A stretch of DNA of 62,206 nucleotides, the filler included, from Choristocarpus tenellus KU-1152 (Eukaryota > Protista > Phaeophyceae), in NCBI GenBank assembly GCA_964200185.2. It is 10 parts of 10 records of this genome, joined end to end, with 100 filler letters (N's around TTAATTAATTAA, not from the genome) between each part and the next. Parts side by side here need not be neighbours in the genome. Positions count along the whole stretch, not along the records: positions 19,285 to 26,060 come from CAXNAD020007372.1; positions 26,161 to 30,119 come from CAXNAD020016925.1; positions 30,220 to 34,049 come from CAXNAD020017688.1; positions 34,150 to 46,710 come from CAXNAD020001788.1; 6 more parts are not named here. One strand, 5' to 3'. This document shows, piece by piece, positions 25,878 to 37,783 of the stretch. Position numbers and translations under genes: made by a program. Numbering within the stretch: the stretch's first letter is position 1; each line of letters opens with the position of its first letter. The notes under the pieces were generated by a model. The model was not told where the DNA came from. It saw nothing but the letters and a program-made list of their open reading frames with translations, and searched no databases.

Positions 25878-26044
25878 AGACCAAATTATCTGGCGGGGGG
25901 GGGGGGGGGGGGGGGTCTACAGCAGGGTGTCCATTTGGACCGAAATAAAAAAAAGTGCATTTACATTATCCATCCGACGTATGCAACCAAATCACCAAAG
26001 AATTGCGACATTAAAAAGTTGACCCCAAATGGACAGCTGCCACC
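25878..26044 (-). mobile_element. G-tract MITE copy (one end missing)
   Basis: Matches 1-96 in reverse and the ends of 20105-20264. Confidence 0.65.
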
Positions 26045-26222
26045 TGTCGAATAACCTAGTNNNNNNNNNNNNNNNNNNNNNNNNNNNNNNNNNNNNNNNN
26101 NNNNTTAATTAATTAANNNNNNNNNNNNNNNNNNNNNNNNNNNNNNNNNNNNNNNNNNNNATCGAACGAACAAATGGTGGGGGAGGGGGTAAGAGGAGGG
26201 GGGGGTAAGAGGGGGGTGGGGT

Positions 26223-26265
<43 letters not shown>

Positions 26266-27323
26266 GGTTTAGTGAAGCTTTCACACAAAGTGAAGTTGGG
26301 CTTTCTACATGGTCAAGGATGACACACACACACACACACACACACAAAAAGCCACATATTTGTACTTGCCACGTACTGTTTGCAGTCCACTGGACAACAC
26401 AACAAGGGGGTGGGGGAAGTCCACCCAACACGGACAAGGAGCACACACATTATCTTCCCCCTCACCCTAACCCTAGCCTTAATCCTCATGTCACGGTGGG
26501 CACAAACATTGCGCTCTTGCTGAGAATGGTAAATGATGGTAATAGATCCTTCAAGGCCAGACTGTGACCTGTGTGGTTCGCCCCAATGCACTGTAAGGAT
26601 TTCAATCATTGAAAATAAACTAAAATCGTTCCAAGCTAAACTAGAAGTAGTGTCTTGCGTTTTTTTTTATGGGAACTCGAGCGAGACAAGAGGGGTTTAA
26701 AACAGGCCAATCGTGGCAAGGAAGGGGTATCACTGGGGGGGGGAGGGGGCAATCGTAGAAGACAGGCTTAATACATATCAAGAGAGTCTTCCACGGTGCA
26801 AGAGGGGCAAGGTGACAGAAACATAAAAAGTATACACACACATGTAAGGTATATATATGTAACTATACATACACACATAAGGTATTTACGTGTGTTCCAA
26901 GTACGCACTACTTGCACATAATACGTGCATGCTTGCTCTGTGTACAAAGACTACTTGCATCACACCTACGGTGGGATGAAAGATAGGACAGATCAGACCA
27001 ATCGCACAGAATTTGGTGGTACCAAGCAGGGACACAAGCTAGCGTACAGGTAGTCAAATGGGCCTACTACCAGGAGGGAGGGGGCAAGGGGAACGAACGA
27101 TGTTGATAAAAAAATTAATAATCCAGGAATGTTTTTGGCCTCAACGTTTTGCCACGTAACTCGAAATATCCAAAACCCTTTGTCAAACCCACTTCAATGC
27201 AGCCCTTGGTTCAGAAAGGTCCCAGCCTCGACGAAGGACCCAAGTGCCACTCTGATCTCAAACACATGCCTACTTCTGCATTAGTCGAAAAGGTCCCCAT
27301 CTCTCGACTAGCCAAAAACTAAC

Positions 27324-28574
27324 CGATTGCACCGAGGCCTTCACCCCCATGTACAGCAGCTCCCCATGCTTGTGTAGCACGAGGTTGTAGGCATTCCGAT
27401 ACAACTCCTCAAAGCTCAGTGCACTGGCGTTCTTATTGTGTATCTCCTCAATGGCCGTGCTGACAGAGAGGACAAAATAGGAATTGTATGTATGTGCATG
27501 TGTGCTGGAAAGGACTATTTTATCATTTAGGTGCTAAAAAACAGAGAAATTAAAAATAATGTCAACAGGAACATTAGTAAGAGACTATATATAGGTGCAT
27601 GTGCTTATTCATTCAAGCTCAGTTTTCTTGCTTGGGGTTAGGACAGGTGTAAGATCCCTCAGCTGCTTTAACCTTGGGTAGGCTGAGAAGTTTCGTTTGT
27701 CATTACAGTCAATACAATTGTGGGTGAGGATTAGAAAAATATCTAGTAGAGCACATCAAACATGCAGATTGCAGCAACACGATGGCCGTCATAGGAAGCT
27801 CTCTTCATGCGAGGGTAGGGTCCTGCACACTCTAGTGAAGCGCTCACCAATCTTTGTAATAGTCTGGGGGCATGCGGACAATAAAAAGAAAACGCTGGTG
27901 GCATCCCAGTCGAGAGGCAGTGCAACAGAACGTAGGAAGTGAGGTGAAGGTTTATAAAGCAAGGGAACGACGTCACTCAAAGGAGAGGGTATCACAGTTC
28001 ACCACAGAAGAGCAATAAACTTGCACTACACAGGGCATTGGAATCGTATTTCAACACGAGCGATAGAGGAAAGAGCGTTGTTGCAGTACTTACTGGAGGT
28101 GGGTTGGCAGATCGGGGCGTGCAGGGGAGAGGGGGGTTCGTTGGTCTCAGGTGATTAATTGTTGTGGTTAGTATGGTTAGTATTGTAAGTGAACACCTGC
28201 ATTGACGGCCCTCGGTTACTGTGGGCTCCTTTCTATTCACTATCAACCGACTTTTCTCAGTCCAATAGGGTATGCCTTCCGCTTCAAGTCTTCAAAGTAC
28301 ACTGGGTGCAACAAGGGCCGTTGCTCTCTCACAGACAAAACAGTAATCAAGGCCAACCCAAACAATCTATTCGAGCTGGAATCATCCCTTTCAGACTTCA
28401 GTCGGCACGGGATATCATATACTTCACAGGGTTCACATTCCGGGCAACCAAAGTGTGCAATAAACACAAGGGTCACCTTAAGGCATTCCAAATGCCCTGT
28501 GCCGCTTGCGCATCCATCTGGTTACGCGGCCTTGGAGGCTTGATCACAAACTTTCCCTTCGTCTGGGATGTCAT
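27324..28574 (-). CDS. CUL3: Cullin-3, first two exons (28574-28477, 27459-27324)
   Basis: [69 protein letters not shown], the characteristic CUL3 N-terminus; phase-2 GT-AG intron. Confidence 0.93.
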
Positions 28575-30776
28575 CGCTAGACGTTATTGGCGCTCGGCCC
28601 TAGGCCGTGCGCCCCTTGATTGATGCAAGTCTGTGTGCTGGCACCCACTGACTTTATCTATCAACTCTTAACTTGTCGTCCCCAGCTCTCTAGACCTGGG
28701 GAAGTAAGTACACTTAGTCTACAAGACTATGGGTCTATGTGAAAATTGTAGACAAAGGTTAGGGAGAACGGGAGGAGTGGGGCGGACTCGATGCGTAAGG
28801 CCTAAAAAGAGGGTTATAATGTTGGATTCTGTTGGAGTTCATAAATTTAGAAAGATGCAAAGTACAAAAGAGTAATCTGGTTATCTATAATAGGGCACTA
28901 CGATTGTGATCTACGAAATTACCCCTCCTAGTACAAACGAGGGGTCAGTCCCACTCCCAAAGGATGATATGCGTTGGAGAGTCGTGATTTTGAGGGGATC
29001 GAGTTATTCCGCGAGATTTTCAGTCCACCTAAGCGCACCAGGTCCGATGAAGGCCCACTCGCAGGAACACACTGCCACTGCAAAGTGAGCCCTGCTCTTA
29101 GCGAAGTCGTTGCAGGCCAGAGTCTGTCGCAATGTTTGGAAATCGGTCCACTAGTGTACAGTAATACTTTGTGTGCATTTCACCACAACACAAGTAGTGC
29201 AAAGAGAGATGCTTACCCTATTTTAGGGCTGGAAAAACTACCAACAATACGGTATACCTTTTTTCAGAATCGAAAGGTATACCCACAACATCGAACCTGC
29301 ACTCTCTTCTACGACAGGGTTTTTCAAAAATAGGAACTTTTTTTCGGGGCAACCACGGACTAATTATTTGGAAATTTCCCGATTTCCACTACCTTCTTCA
29401 CAGCGTTGGAGAAACAGTATGACGTCATGAATTAATAGAGAATGGTAGACGATATTCTATACACACGTATCATACATATTATTATCTCTTCACATTTTGC
29501 GCATGTATGTATCATCAAAAAAGCCAAACCAATATCACAAATTACCGTTGTCGTAAGTGCGAAAGGTATCTCTCTCTAATCTATTTGAACAAAAGTATCC
29601 GGGGGGGTGTGGAGGCTATCCATTTGTGTAATAACAGACAACTACCTGTAGTAAGTGGGATTTATCAGCCTCTTTTCTGGTAGAACTTCCTAGTGTGTGT
29701 GTGGTCATCCAGAAAACTTCTATATATATATACATACACCATAAGTTGTCTTAATAGTAATACCACACCCTACATTAAAAAAAATAACGAAACTTACTCA
29801 AGAGAATAATAAAACTCACAACTCAAGTACATGACAGCAGTAATTGGTCTAAAAATAAATCTGTCTCCAATATCAACTATTGTTTCAGTATTCGAACCGA
29901 AAACGTATGTCACATAATACACGAACAATTAGTCAAATCAGCAAAAAGAGTTCATGTGTAGAAAACCTGTACTTCAATATAATCAAATTCGAACCTCTAC
30001 CTATATATAGGGTTTTGATATTTTTATTATTATTCCCTCTGACATTTTGCAGAGATTGTACTGTCATCCTTATCTTCCCATCTACCTACTCCTGTGCCCC
30101 GGGGGGGGAGCTAAGGAAGNNNNNNNNNNNNNNNNNNNNNNNNNNNNNNNNNNNNNNNNNNNNTTAATTAATTAANNNNNNNNNNNNNNNNNNNNNNNNN
30201 NNNNNNNNNNNNNNNNNNNACCAAGCAATCTCGCCGGGATTATCGCCTTTATCCTCTTTGATGATTTTGGGGATACTTTAACACCCCCCCCCTCCCAGAT
30301 ACTTTGGCATACGATTTCGGCGTTTCATTTACTGAGTCATCATAACTTTCACTCCTGAAGGGTTGTCTCTACTTTTTCCCAAGGAGGTACTGCCATAGGA
30401 AGAGTCCTCATTGGGTGGTGCACCTTTGGAGTTGTTCGCCGCTGGAATTTTCAACCTTCTTGCCCTTCTCAATCCACTTGTATTCCACGGCTTCATCTTC
30501 ACCCTTGTCACTCTCCTCCTTGTTGCTGTTGTCCTCGGATGAGGCATTACTATTCTGACTACTCCCTGAACTGTCCCCATCACCTTTTCTGTCCTTTGCT
30601 TCCTCATCGTCGTTGTCCTCATTATCTTCCCCACTTTCCTCTCCTCTGGTTCCTTCTGGACCTCCTGTTCCCCATTCCCACTCCCCAAGTGGGAAACAGG
30701 TGGGGGTGCGCCAGGGGGTAAAAAGGAGAGGAATCTTCCCCAGTTAGTAGTAACTGTGCCCCACCCACCATTCGAG

Positions 30777-32500
30777 TGTCATATGTACATAGTACTGTAA
30801 CGTTCGTAAATTACACTTATTACGATATATTCACTCATATGTATGGTGCACCTTCCCAAGAAAAGCATCTGCAAGTCATTGGATGGCTGGACATAACCTG
30901 GTATTGTTCTCTTAGCCACTCAACCGAAAGATGACTGTCAACTATCTAGTTATCCAACAGTTATCCAACAGTTATCCAATCAACTCTATAATTGTCCAAC
31001 AACTGTTTGAAAAGCACTTCATTGGCAAGTATTTTCCTACATGAATTTAAAGCATAATCTTGACATATTCCCCTGCTTTGAACTTCTTGTTGAACTTCAA
31101 ACAATCACAAAATGCAACACATCATATCACATCACACAGTACCCATAGTGATATCTCCGTGCCTATCAAACAATTCCTTCGACAAACCATTAGGAAGGAG
31201 GTCTGCATATTGGAAATCGTCGGTACATATCCAATCTTCACTTTTCTTTTCCTCTCTAACTGTTCCACATAATGGTGCCTAATGTATATGTGTTTAGTTC
31301 TTCCCCCAGGCAAAACCTTCTGAGCAATTTTGATAGCGCCATCGTTATCCTCAAACACACAAATTGGATATTCCCCAACAAATGGTTGTAGAACCTTATG
31401 TACTTGTTTGAGGAACATAACTTTCTTCCTAGCTCATACAAAGCAATATATCCAGCTTCTGCAATCAACAGTATAACACTCTTCTGTTTCCTGGACCGCC
31501 AGTCAACACATCTTCCCCTAAACATCACAATACCTCCAGATACAGAAAAATTTATCCCCTTGTATAATCAGCATCTGCATAACCCAGAGTATGGTATCCA
31601 AACTCGCCAAAAGTAATGCCACGATCTCTAGTACATAACGGATACCCTATTACTCTCTCCGCATTCAACTAATCTGTCAGGCGAGGGTCTTCAACATGAT
31701 ATGCCAATTCACGCACAGCAAAACGAAATATCAGGTCTTGTCATGACCACAGCCAACGGTATACTCCCAACTGCTGACCTGTACCTATCTGGAACCGGTC
31801 CCCTCTGCTCCACCAAATTTAGCCATCCTATTGTCCTAGCACCACCTTGGACTGGACCTCTGCACTCTCTTTTTCTTATCTATCTGCCTCGATCGAAAAT
31901 TATCTTTGTGCCACCTTCGCGATGGTCATTGGTGTGGTGAGGAACTTGAAGCAATATCACATTGGTCTTCGAAGTCCTTGATATCCTCGTCCCCAGTTCC
32001 TTTCTGTAGAAGCCATTTCTCTGACTCCATTGCTTCTTGCACGGTCCGACGTGCTGGAGGAAGTGAACATGCTACCTTACTAACCCGAATACAAGCCAGT
32101 CTCCATTCGTACTGTAGTTTACACTCTGATGGTTCTCCAGGTTCAGGTGGGGGATCGCTGTTATGGTCCGCGAGTCTCAGCAACAACCTTCCACCACTCC
32201 CCTTTTGTGACGTAGGCGGATCCATACCTCCAGCACCAGTGTTTGGCATCCCATCAGTACTTCCATCCTTCATAGTGGTCTCTACACCTCTAGTCCACCT
32301 TCCACACTTCCAAGCTCCAAATCCGAACCCAGGGTTTCCGAATCCACTCGTTCCAGAATCATTACCTCTGCTACCAAATCTTCCGATCCCAAATAAATTT
32401 CCTCCAACACCAAATCCCCATTCCTCAGCCCAAAGTCTTCTTGCTTCCTTTTCCGTCCTTCCAACGAGAGCACAAGGAGAAAGGCTGATCACTCATAACT
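30777..32500 (-). mobile_element. Decayed Ty1/copia element: pol remnants plus 3' LTR 30777-31065
   Basis: RNase H remnants WRSRKQKSV, EDNDGAI, RTKHIYIRHHY, YVPT; RT tail MTRPDISF; purine tract abutting the LTR; LTR termini TGTCA...TGACA; three TATCCAACAG-like tandem units near 30951-30980. Confidence 0.85.
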
Positions 32501-32729
32501 CCAGCAATACATTTCTGTGCAGCTTGTAATGTATTGCGGCAAATTTTTCGCGGTCTAGCAAGTTTGCATTGAAATCTGGACCGTGTCCGTTCTTCTTCCC
32601 AGAATCGCGTTGAGCACCTACAGAAAGCAGCCCTTTGATGATGTCATTGAGGATGTAGATGGAAGATATGAAAAATATTAGGAAGAGGAGTATATGGCAA
32701 GGTTCAAGAACATATTCTTCAAAATGAAA

Positions 32730-34020
32730 TGTGTTCCTGGAGACGAGACCTTAGAATGCTGTGTCCAATAAATCGGGCAGGAAACAGGGACAAGAGATTT
32801 CAAGTCTCTTTCCAGATACATATCCGCGCGCACACACAAGTGCATTGCGCGCACATTTCTTTGTCATTGGTGACATTCCCGCCTATATCAAACACAGAAA
32901 CGTTTGAGGACCCTCAGACCACTTACGGTTGAACAGTGACAAAGATGTGATATCACCTGTCGGATCTGAGACCCCATCAATACTTTTCCTAAGATTTAAT
33001 AACTGAGGGAGCTTTGGGTTTGCTGGAAGCACTCCACCATGACACAACTGGTGATTCTCAACACCCCCCACGACTGATTGGACCCTGCCTCACGACAGTG
33101 GTACTTACGCCGACAGTCAAAAGGGGATAGATGCACCATATCGAGAAGCGACCAAGGATAAAAAGAAACATGAAAAGCAAGATAAGGGTAAAACCAAGAC
33201 CACTGGTCCACCTGAAACAGCAGCTGGTCCAAGCAAGACACCTGGGCCCGACACCGATATTCCATCAACCAATTTCGCTGATGGCGTCCTAAGAGGCTCG
33301 CTTGAGCAAGTTAGGATGGCGGGGGCACAATCCAGGGACTGGTCCCCCCACAGTACGGTCAGCCCAGCTGTAAATCGGTTTGCGGTACTGGAAGAAAGCT
33401 GTGAGCCCGACAATCCAACTCCACTGACAACCCTTTGTGATGATGCTATGGAAAGAATCCTGTTGGACTTCAGAGCTGGACAACTCCAGGATCATGCTCT
33501 GGTGGTTTCAGCTTTTGAGGCATCAGCAACGTTGAAGTCGAACAAAACTCTGATAAGTACAGGCACAACTCAAATAACCAATTGACATTACGTCCTCAAT
33601 ACCCTATCGGCTAAGGATCTAACGTCGATAAAATTCTTTGAGCCTGACAAAGATCTTAGACAGTGTGTCGCCGTCCCTGACTTAATCTCGGTTTTTTGCT
33701 AATATCGATCTCGGATTTGTTCGCCAGCAATGGTAAAAAAAAAATCAGTGCCGGTTGGAGAACATGAAATCTATGAGCAAACCTTAGACGACTTGTGTTT
33801 ACAAAATTTCGTACACATGCATCCGTCTGGGAACTCGCTGTCACAACGCCATGCCAGAAGGGTTTTTTGCCACCACCCATTTTGCATCATGGAACCAGTT
33901 GGTAGAAGAATTTACCCACCAATTTGCATCACAATTTCCCATTGACGACTACTTTCGCAATACCATTCACCTACACATGCCAGGGTTGGAAAGAGCACGA
34001 GTGTTTGGGGTCAACGTATC
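32730..34020 (+). mobile_element. 5' end of a second LTR retrotransposon (LTR 32730-33046, PBS, decayed gag)
   Basis: TGTGT...ACACA termini, TGGTGATTCTC PBS-like site 2 nt downstream, gag-like SWNQLVEEFTHQF near 33890. Confidence 0.5.
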
Positions 34021-34149
34021 TTGGGGAGGGGGGGGGGGGGTTGTGAGGGNNNNNNNNNNNNNNNNNNNNNNNNNNNNNNNNNNNNNNNNNNNNTTAATTA
34101 ATTAANNNNNNNNNNNNNNNNNNNNNNNNNNNNNNNNNNNNNNNNNNNN

Positions 34150-34205
34150 TATGTATGTATGTATGTATGTATGTATGTATGTATGTATGTATGTATGTAT
34201 GTATG
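34150..34205 (+). repeat. (TATG)n microsatellite at a contig end
   Basis: About 14 perfect units. Confidence 0.95.
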
Positions 34206-34586
34206 CACTATGAGATGTGTAACGAGGTAGGCAGGGTGATAAAATATTAGGATGGACAAAAAATACTTCAAAGTAGAAGATAGCTGGTTGTAGTTGAACA
34301 ACAGCCCTGACATATTTGGACCTCCAATATTGTGCTGATACAAAACCAAAGTTGGACCATATAACACACTTGAAGAACAAAATTACGCCCATGTAAGAAA
34401 TAGCTCTACAAAAATTGAAGCTTACAGTCATGACTAGAGATTTATTCTTTCACATTTCTCATTAGGCAGCTATCTTCCCTTCAAAAGCTACTCAGAAAAA
34501 GGTACTTGAGCTCTACTGTTGTTGATAACCAAAACCTGATTTGCTTATGTCCTTCCTCTTACAAATGGGTAAAAGAAAAAATATTG

Positions 34587-34847
34587 GAGTGAAAGTACCT
34601 TAGAGGGTACGAGTTTTGCCCTGTTTGTCCAATTGGGGGTTGGCTTCCTGTGGGGATTTTTATGACATTTTCCTACTCCAAAATATTTCGGAGTAGGTAA
34701 AATGTGTATGTGTTATGAAAAGGTGTGTCCGGAACAAGGATATTGACACTTGCTAACAAATATGACAGGCGAAATTACATCAAAATCGGAACATTGGATT
34801 TTGGCCCCAAAGTGGACACAGCTCTACCCTCTAAGATACTTTGGCTC
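34587..34847 (+). mobile_element. 261-bp MITE with GAG...CTC termini and 4-bp TSD ATTG (Sola2-like)
   Basis: TIR GAGTGAAAGTACCTTAGAGGGTA / TACCCTCTAAGATACTTTGGCTC; ATTG at 34583-34586 and 34848-34851. Confidence 0.87.
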
Positions 34848-35752
34848 ATTGCAAACATTTTGGTCATTTTGTGCTGTATATTGAGTTACCACTACACCAC
34901 CAGGGCAGATAGTTGTGGCCTCTGGGGTGATGACCCACAGATTGGGGGGGGTAGCAGCCTGGCTTCTGGTTCTGTCAAATATTGACATGTCACTGTACCA
35001 CTGAGGCAGAGAGTAACAAGCTTTCAACAGTTCAAACGGCATGTAATACACTGACAAAATGGCTTAATGGGTCTCAACATGCTGATCCATACACAAATCT
35101 CCTTCGAGGTTGCAAACCGGTTGACAAGCAGTCAAAAGAATGTGACAAGATATCCCTTATTTGCTTGAGACATCTCCACACATTCAAGACAAAATGATAT
35201 CAAAAGTTCATATTCACATGAGACAGGTTAAGACTTGCTTTGCTGAAATGGCATTGAAAGTAAGCACTTGTGCTCAAAATTCAGCTCAGGTACTGTTCGT
35301 CCATATGTGTGCTTGGGACTGGTGAGCTCACTCACCTCCTTAATCTCCATCACAGTTGATCTACAGTATTTGCTCTTCCCGTCTCGGGCAGCTGCTGCTC
35401 GCCTCTTTCTCATCACCCCCGCCCAGCACTTATTTACTGTAGCTCCTCTCTGCACACAAACTGCGGGATCTGTTCCATCAACTCCTATGTCAGGTAGATT
35501 TACTCTGGTAATGAGAAGAAATGGCACATGAGTGCTTGGTGTCGCATTCACCAGCCTTTCAACAACAGAGACTCCTGAAGTACTGATACTTTACAAATAG
35601 GGCACAGAATTGCTATCTTAGCTTAAGTTTCATGTACTCTTTAAAGTAGGTGTAAGCCCATCTTGCTTCTTTACCATGCACCAATCAAAGAGGCCCTCCT
35701 GCCATCAGATTGTTGCGTTGAGAGTTGAAGAAAAACTATTGTCTATACTCAC

Positions 35753-37552
35753 GATGTTCCTGTGAGTAAAGCCTTTCTGCATGGTGCTTTTTTGAAGTCA
35801 AGCAATTGTCCAATACAGTGCACCATTCTTTCCTTCTGACAAAAGCTGATCCACTTTGAATATGAGATCTGTGCAAAATCAGTTGATATCCCCACATTTA
35901 TTGAGTGTTCAAGGTATGAGGAGGTCGTTGGAACTCACTATCAACGAAAGGGTTTGAAGATGTTGATAGGTCTACTCACCGCTGTATGCACTAGTCAATT
36001 ACGAAAACATTATTATAGCTATTGCAAGGCTTGAGACAATGGGGAAATTTCACCCATAATAATGTGGAACAAGTGTTCAGTAGGTTGTGTCCAATGTAGG
36101 GAGTACATGCTTTGTTGACACTGTGAAAGGGACGGGAGGTGCACAGAGAATGTCATATTGAATTTCAATCCAACAAATATGCCTGCATTCCTGAAATATG
36201 AGCTGTAACTGCAACAAGGGCTCTTTGCTAATACCGGATAACATAAACTGCAGTAGTTACTGGATCCTGCAATCTCTTGATCCCATTCATGACAATCAGT
36301 TTTTGTTGCTCCCTCCCCTCCTACCAGTGGCATACCGTCACCATGAGTCTTTGCGCCTGATACCATGCAGCATGACTAAAGCGAAAACTCACGGCTTCAT
36401 CCTCCTCAGGGCTTGCACCAAAGAAACTATCTTCAACAAGATGTTCAACGCCCCTAGTACCAGGTTCTGTCCCTCTGGTTGTCTTGTACACAGCATGGAG
36501 AATGGACCTAGTCAACCGGCAACAAAGCACAATTTAAAGGTAGGCAGTGCAGCAAGAGGACCAATAGAGAATTTCAGGCCAAATGAGAACGACGGATGGT
36601 AAATGCCACAATTTGTCCAGTTTTGCTCCTTACGACATAAATGTGGTGAATCTGTGCCTCTCTAACCTGCCATCGCTTCCCATTCCGTGTAAGTGTTGAG
36701 TTTCCACTATTATTGAGGGTAGCGCCTTTAACCTCACCTGAACATTATTATGCACTCACAGCGGTTCAGGGTTCGATCGCCATCGAGGTCAAACACATCA
36801 AACAGTGCCCGAATTTTGAAGATAGCTGGCATTTTGCTGAAGAGGATCATCGTGATGAAGATCTGTGACCGGGTGGTTGGTCATCCATTGTAGTAGCAAT
36901 TCAATGGGATTGTGTTCTGGATCACTCATCCCCCATCTCACTTTTATTGTGATCTCTAAAAAATATTTATGTACTAGATAAGAAGAAAACCCCTTGCTCG
37001 ATGAGGCTAGTCCTTGCTTATGGTCTATTGACGAGACTTCGCACCTCGTTAATGTCAATAATCCCTTTTTTCTTCGGGTTCTCAAAGATTTTGCAGACAG
37101 TCTCACGATGAGGATTATTTTCTGACCGCGTAACGATCGCAACCTGGGCCGAATTTAATCCCGGATGAGTATCCAGACCCTTAAACCTAGCTTGAGCAGC
37201 CTGGTCAAGGTACACGGTTTAGCGTCTTTCATCAGCATGCGATTAGGTCAGAATTTTTCCCGAGTAATAGTGCAACACACATGGCTTACCAAGAAGCGAA
37301 ACTTTTCCTATATCAGACAACTCATTACTGGTGCCACATCGCCTCTCTCCCTAACCCAAAGGCAAGTGTGAAAATAGGAAAATACTGAATCAACCTCTCT
37401 AAGTTTGACGAGAGCCGTCAGGGAAGGAGATTCATTTACGAACTCACATGAATCTGGGCCTGGCTCTTTCCCGCTAACGTATTGACGACGGCCAGAGGAA
37501 TTTCATTTCCCACGCACTGGTGAACCAACAACAAGCTATTGCCCTGACCCAT
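35753..37552 (-). CDS. N-myristoylated EF-hand protein (calcineurin B / CBL / NCS-like); exons 37552-37448, 37307-37290, 37200-37045, 36862-36738, 36507-36393, 35868-35753; 3' end uncertain
   Basis: MGQGNS N-terminus; canonical EF loop in LFDVFDLDGDRTLNRCE; degenerate EF hands KGIIDINEIF and DEAISYSKW; phases consistent. Confidence 0.8.
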
Positions 37553-37783
37553 AGGCTCTAACTCAATGGCACATGGCACTCGTCGATTCCGCCTTATGGG
37601 TGAAATGATGAGACAACTTGAAACGTTGTGAGAATGGTTGACCGCGAAATTCAGCGCGAGCAATAGTCTCACGAGATTCACCCCTCCTCACTCATAGAAC
37701 GCCCTTCCTTCTAAAATAAACCTTCTACCATGTAACTTTAGACCAAACCACAACAATATAACTGCTGTAGTTTCCTAGCAGCT
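37553..37783. promoter_or_regulatory. Compact bidirectional promoter region
   Basis: 231 bp between divergent ATGs at 37552 (-) and 37784 (+). Confidence 0.6.

Noticed and set aside
28906-29420. Possible gene beside the CUL3 promoter
   Set aside because: Strand and frame ambiguous; no recognisable motif
30329-30720. Acidic low-complexity minus-strand segment
   Set aside because: No identifiable domain; sits between an LTR and a contig end
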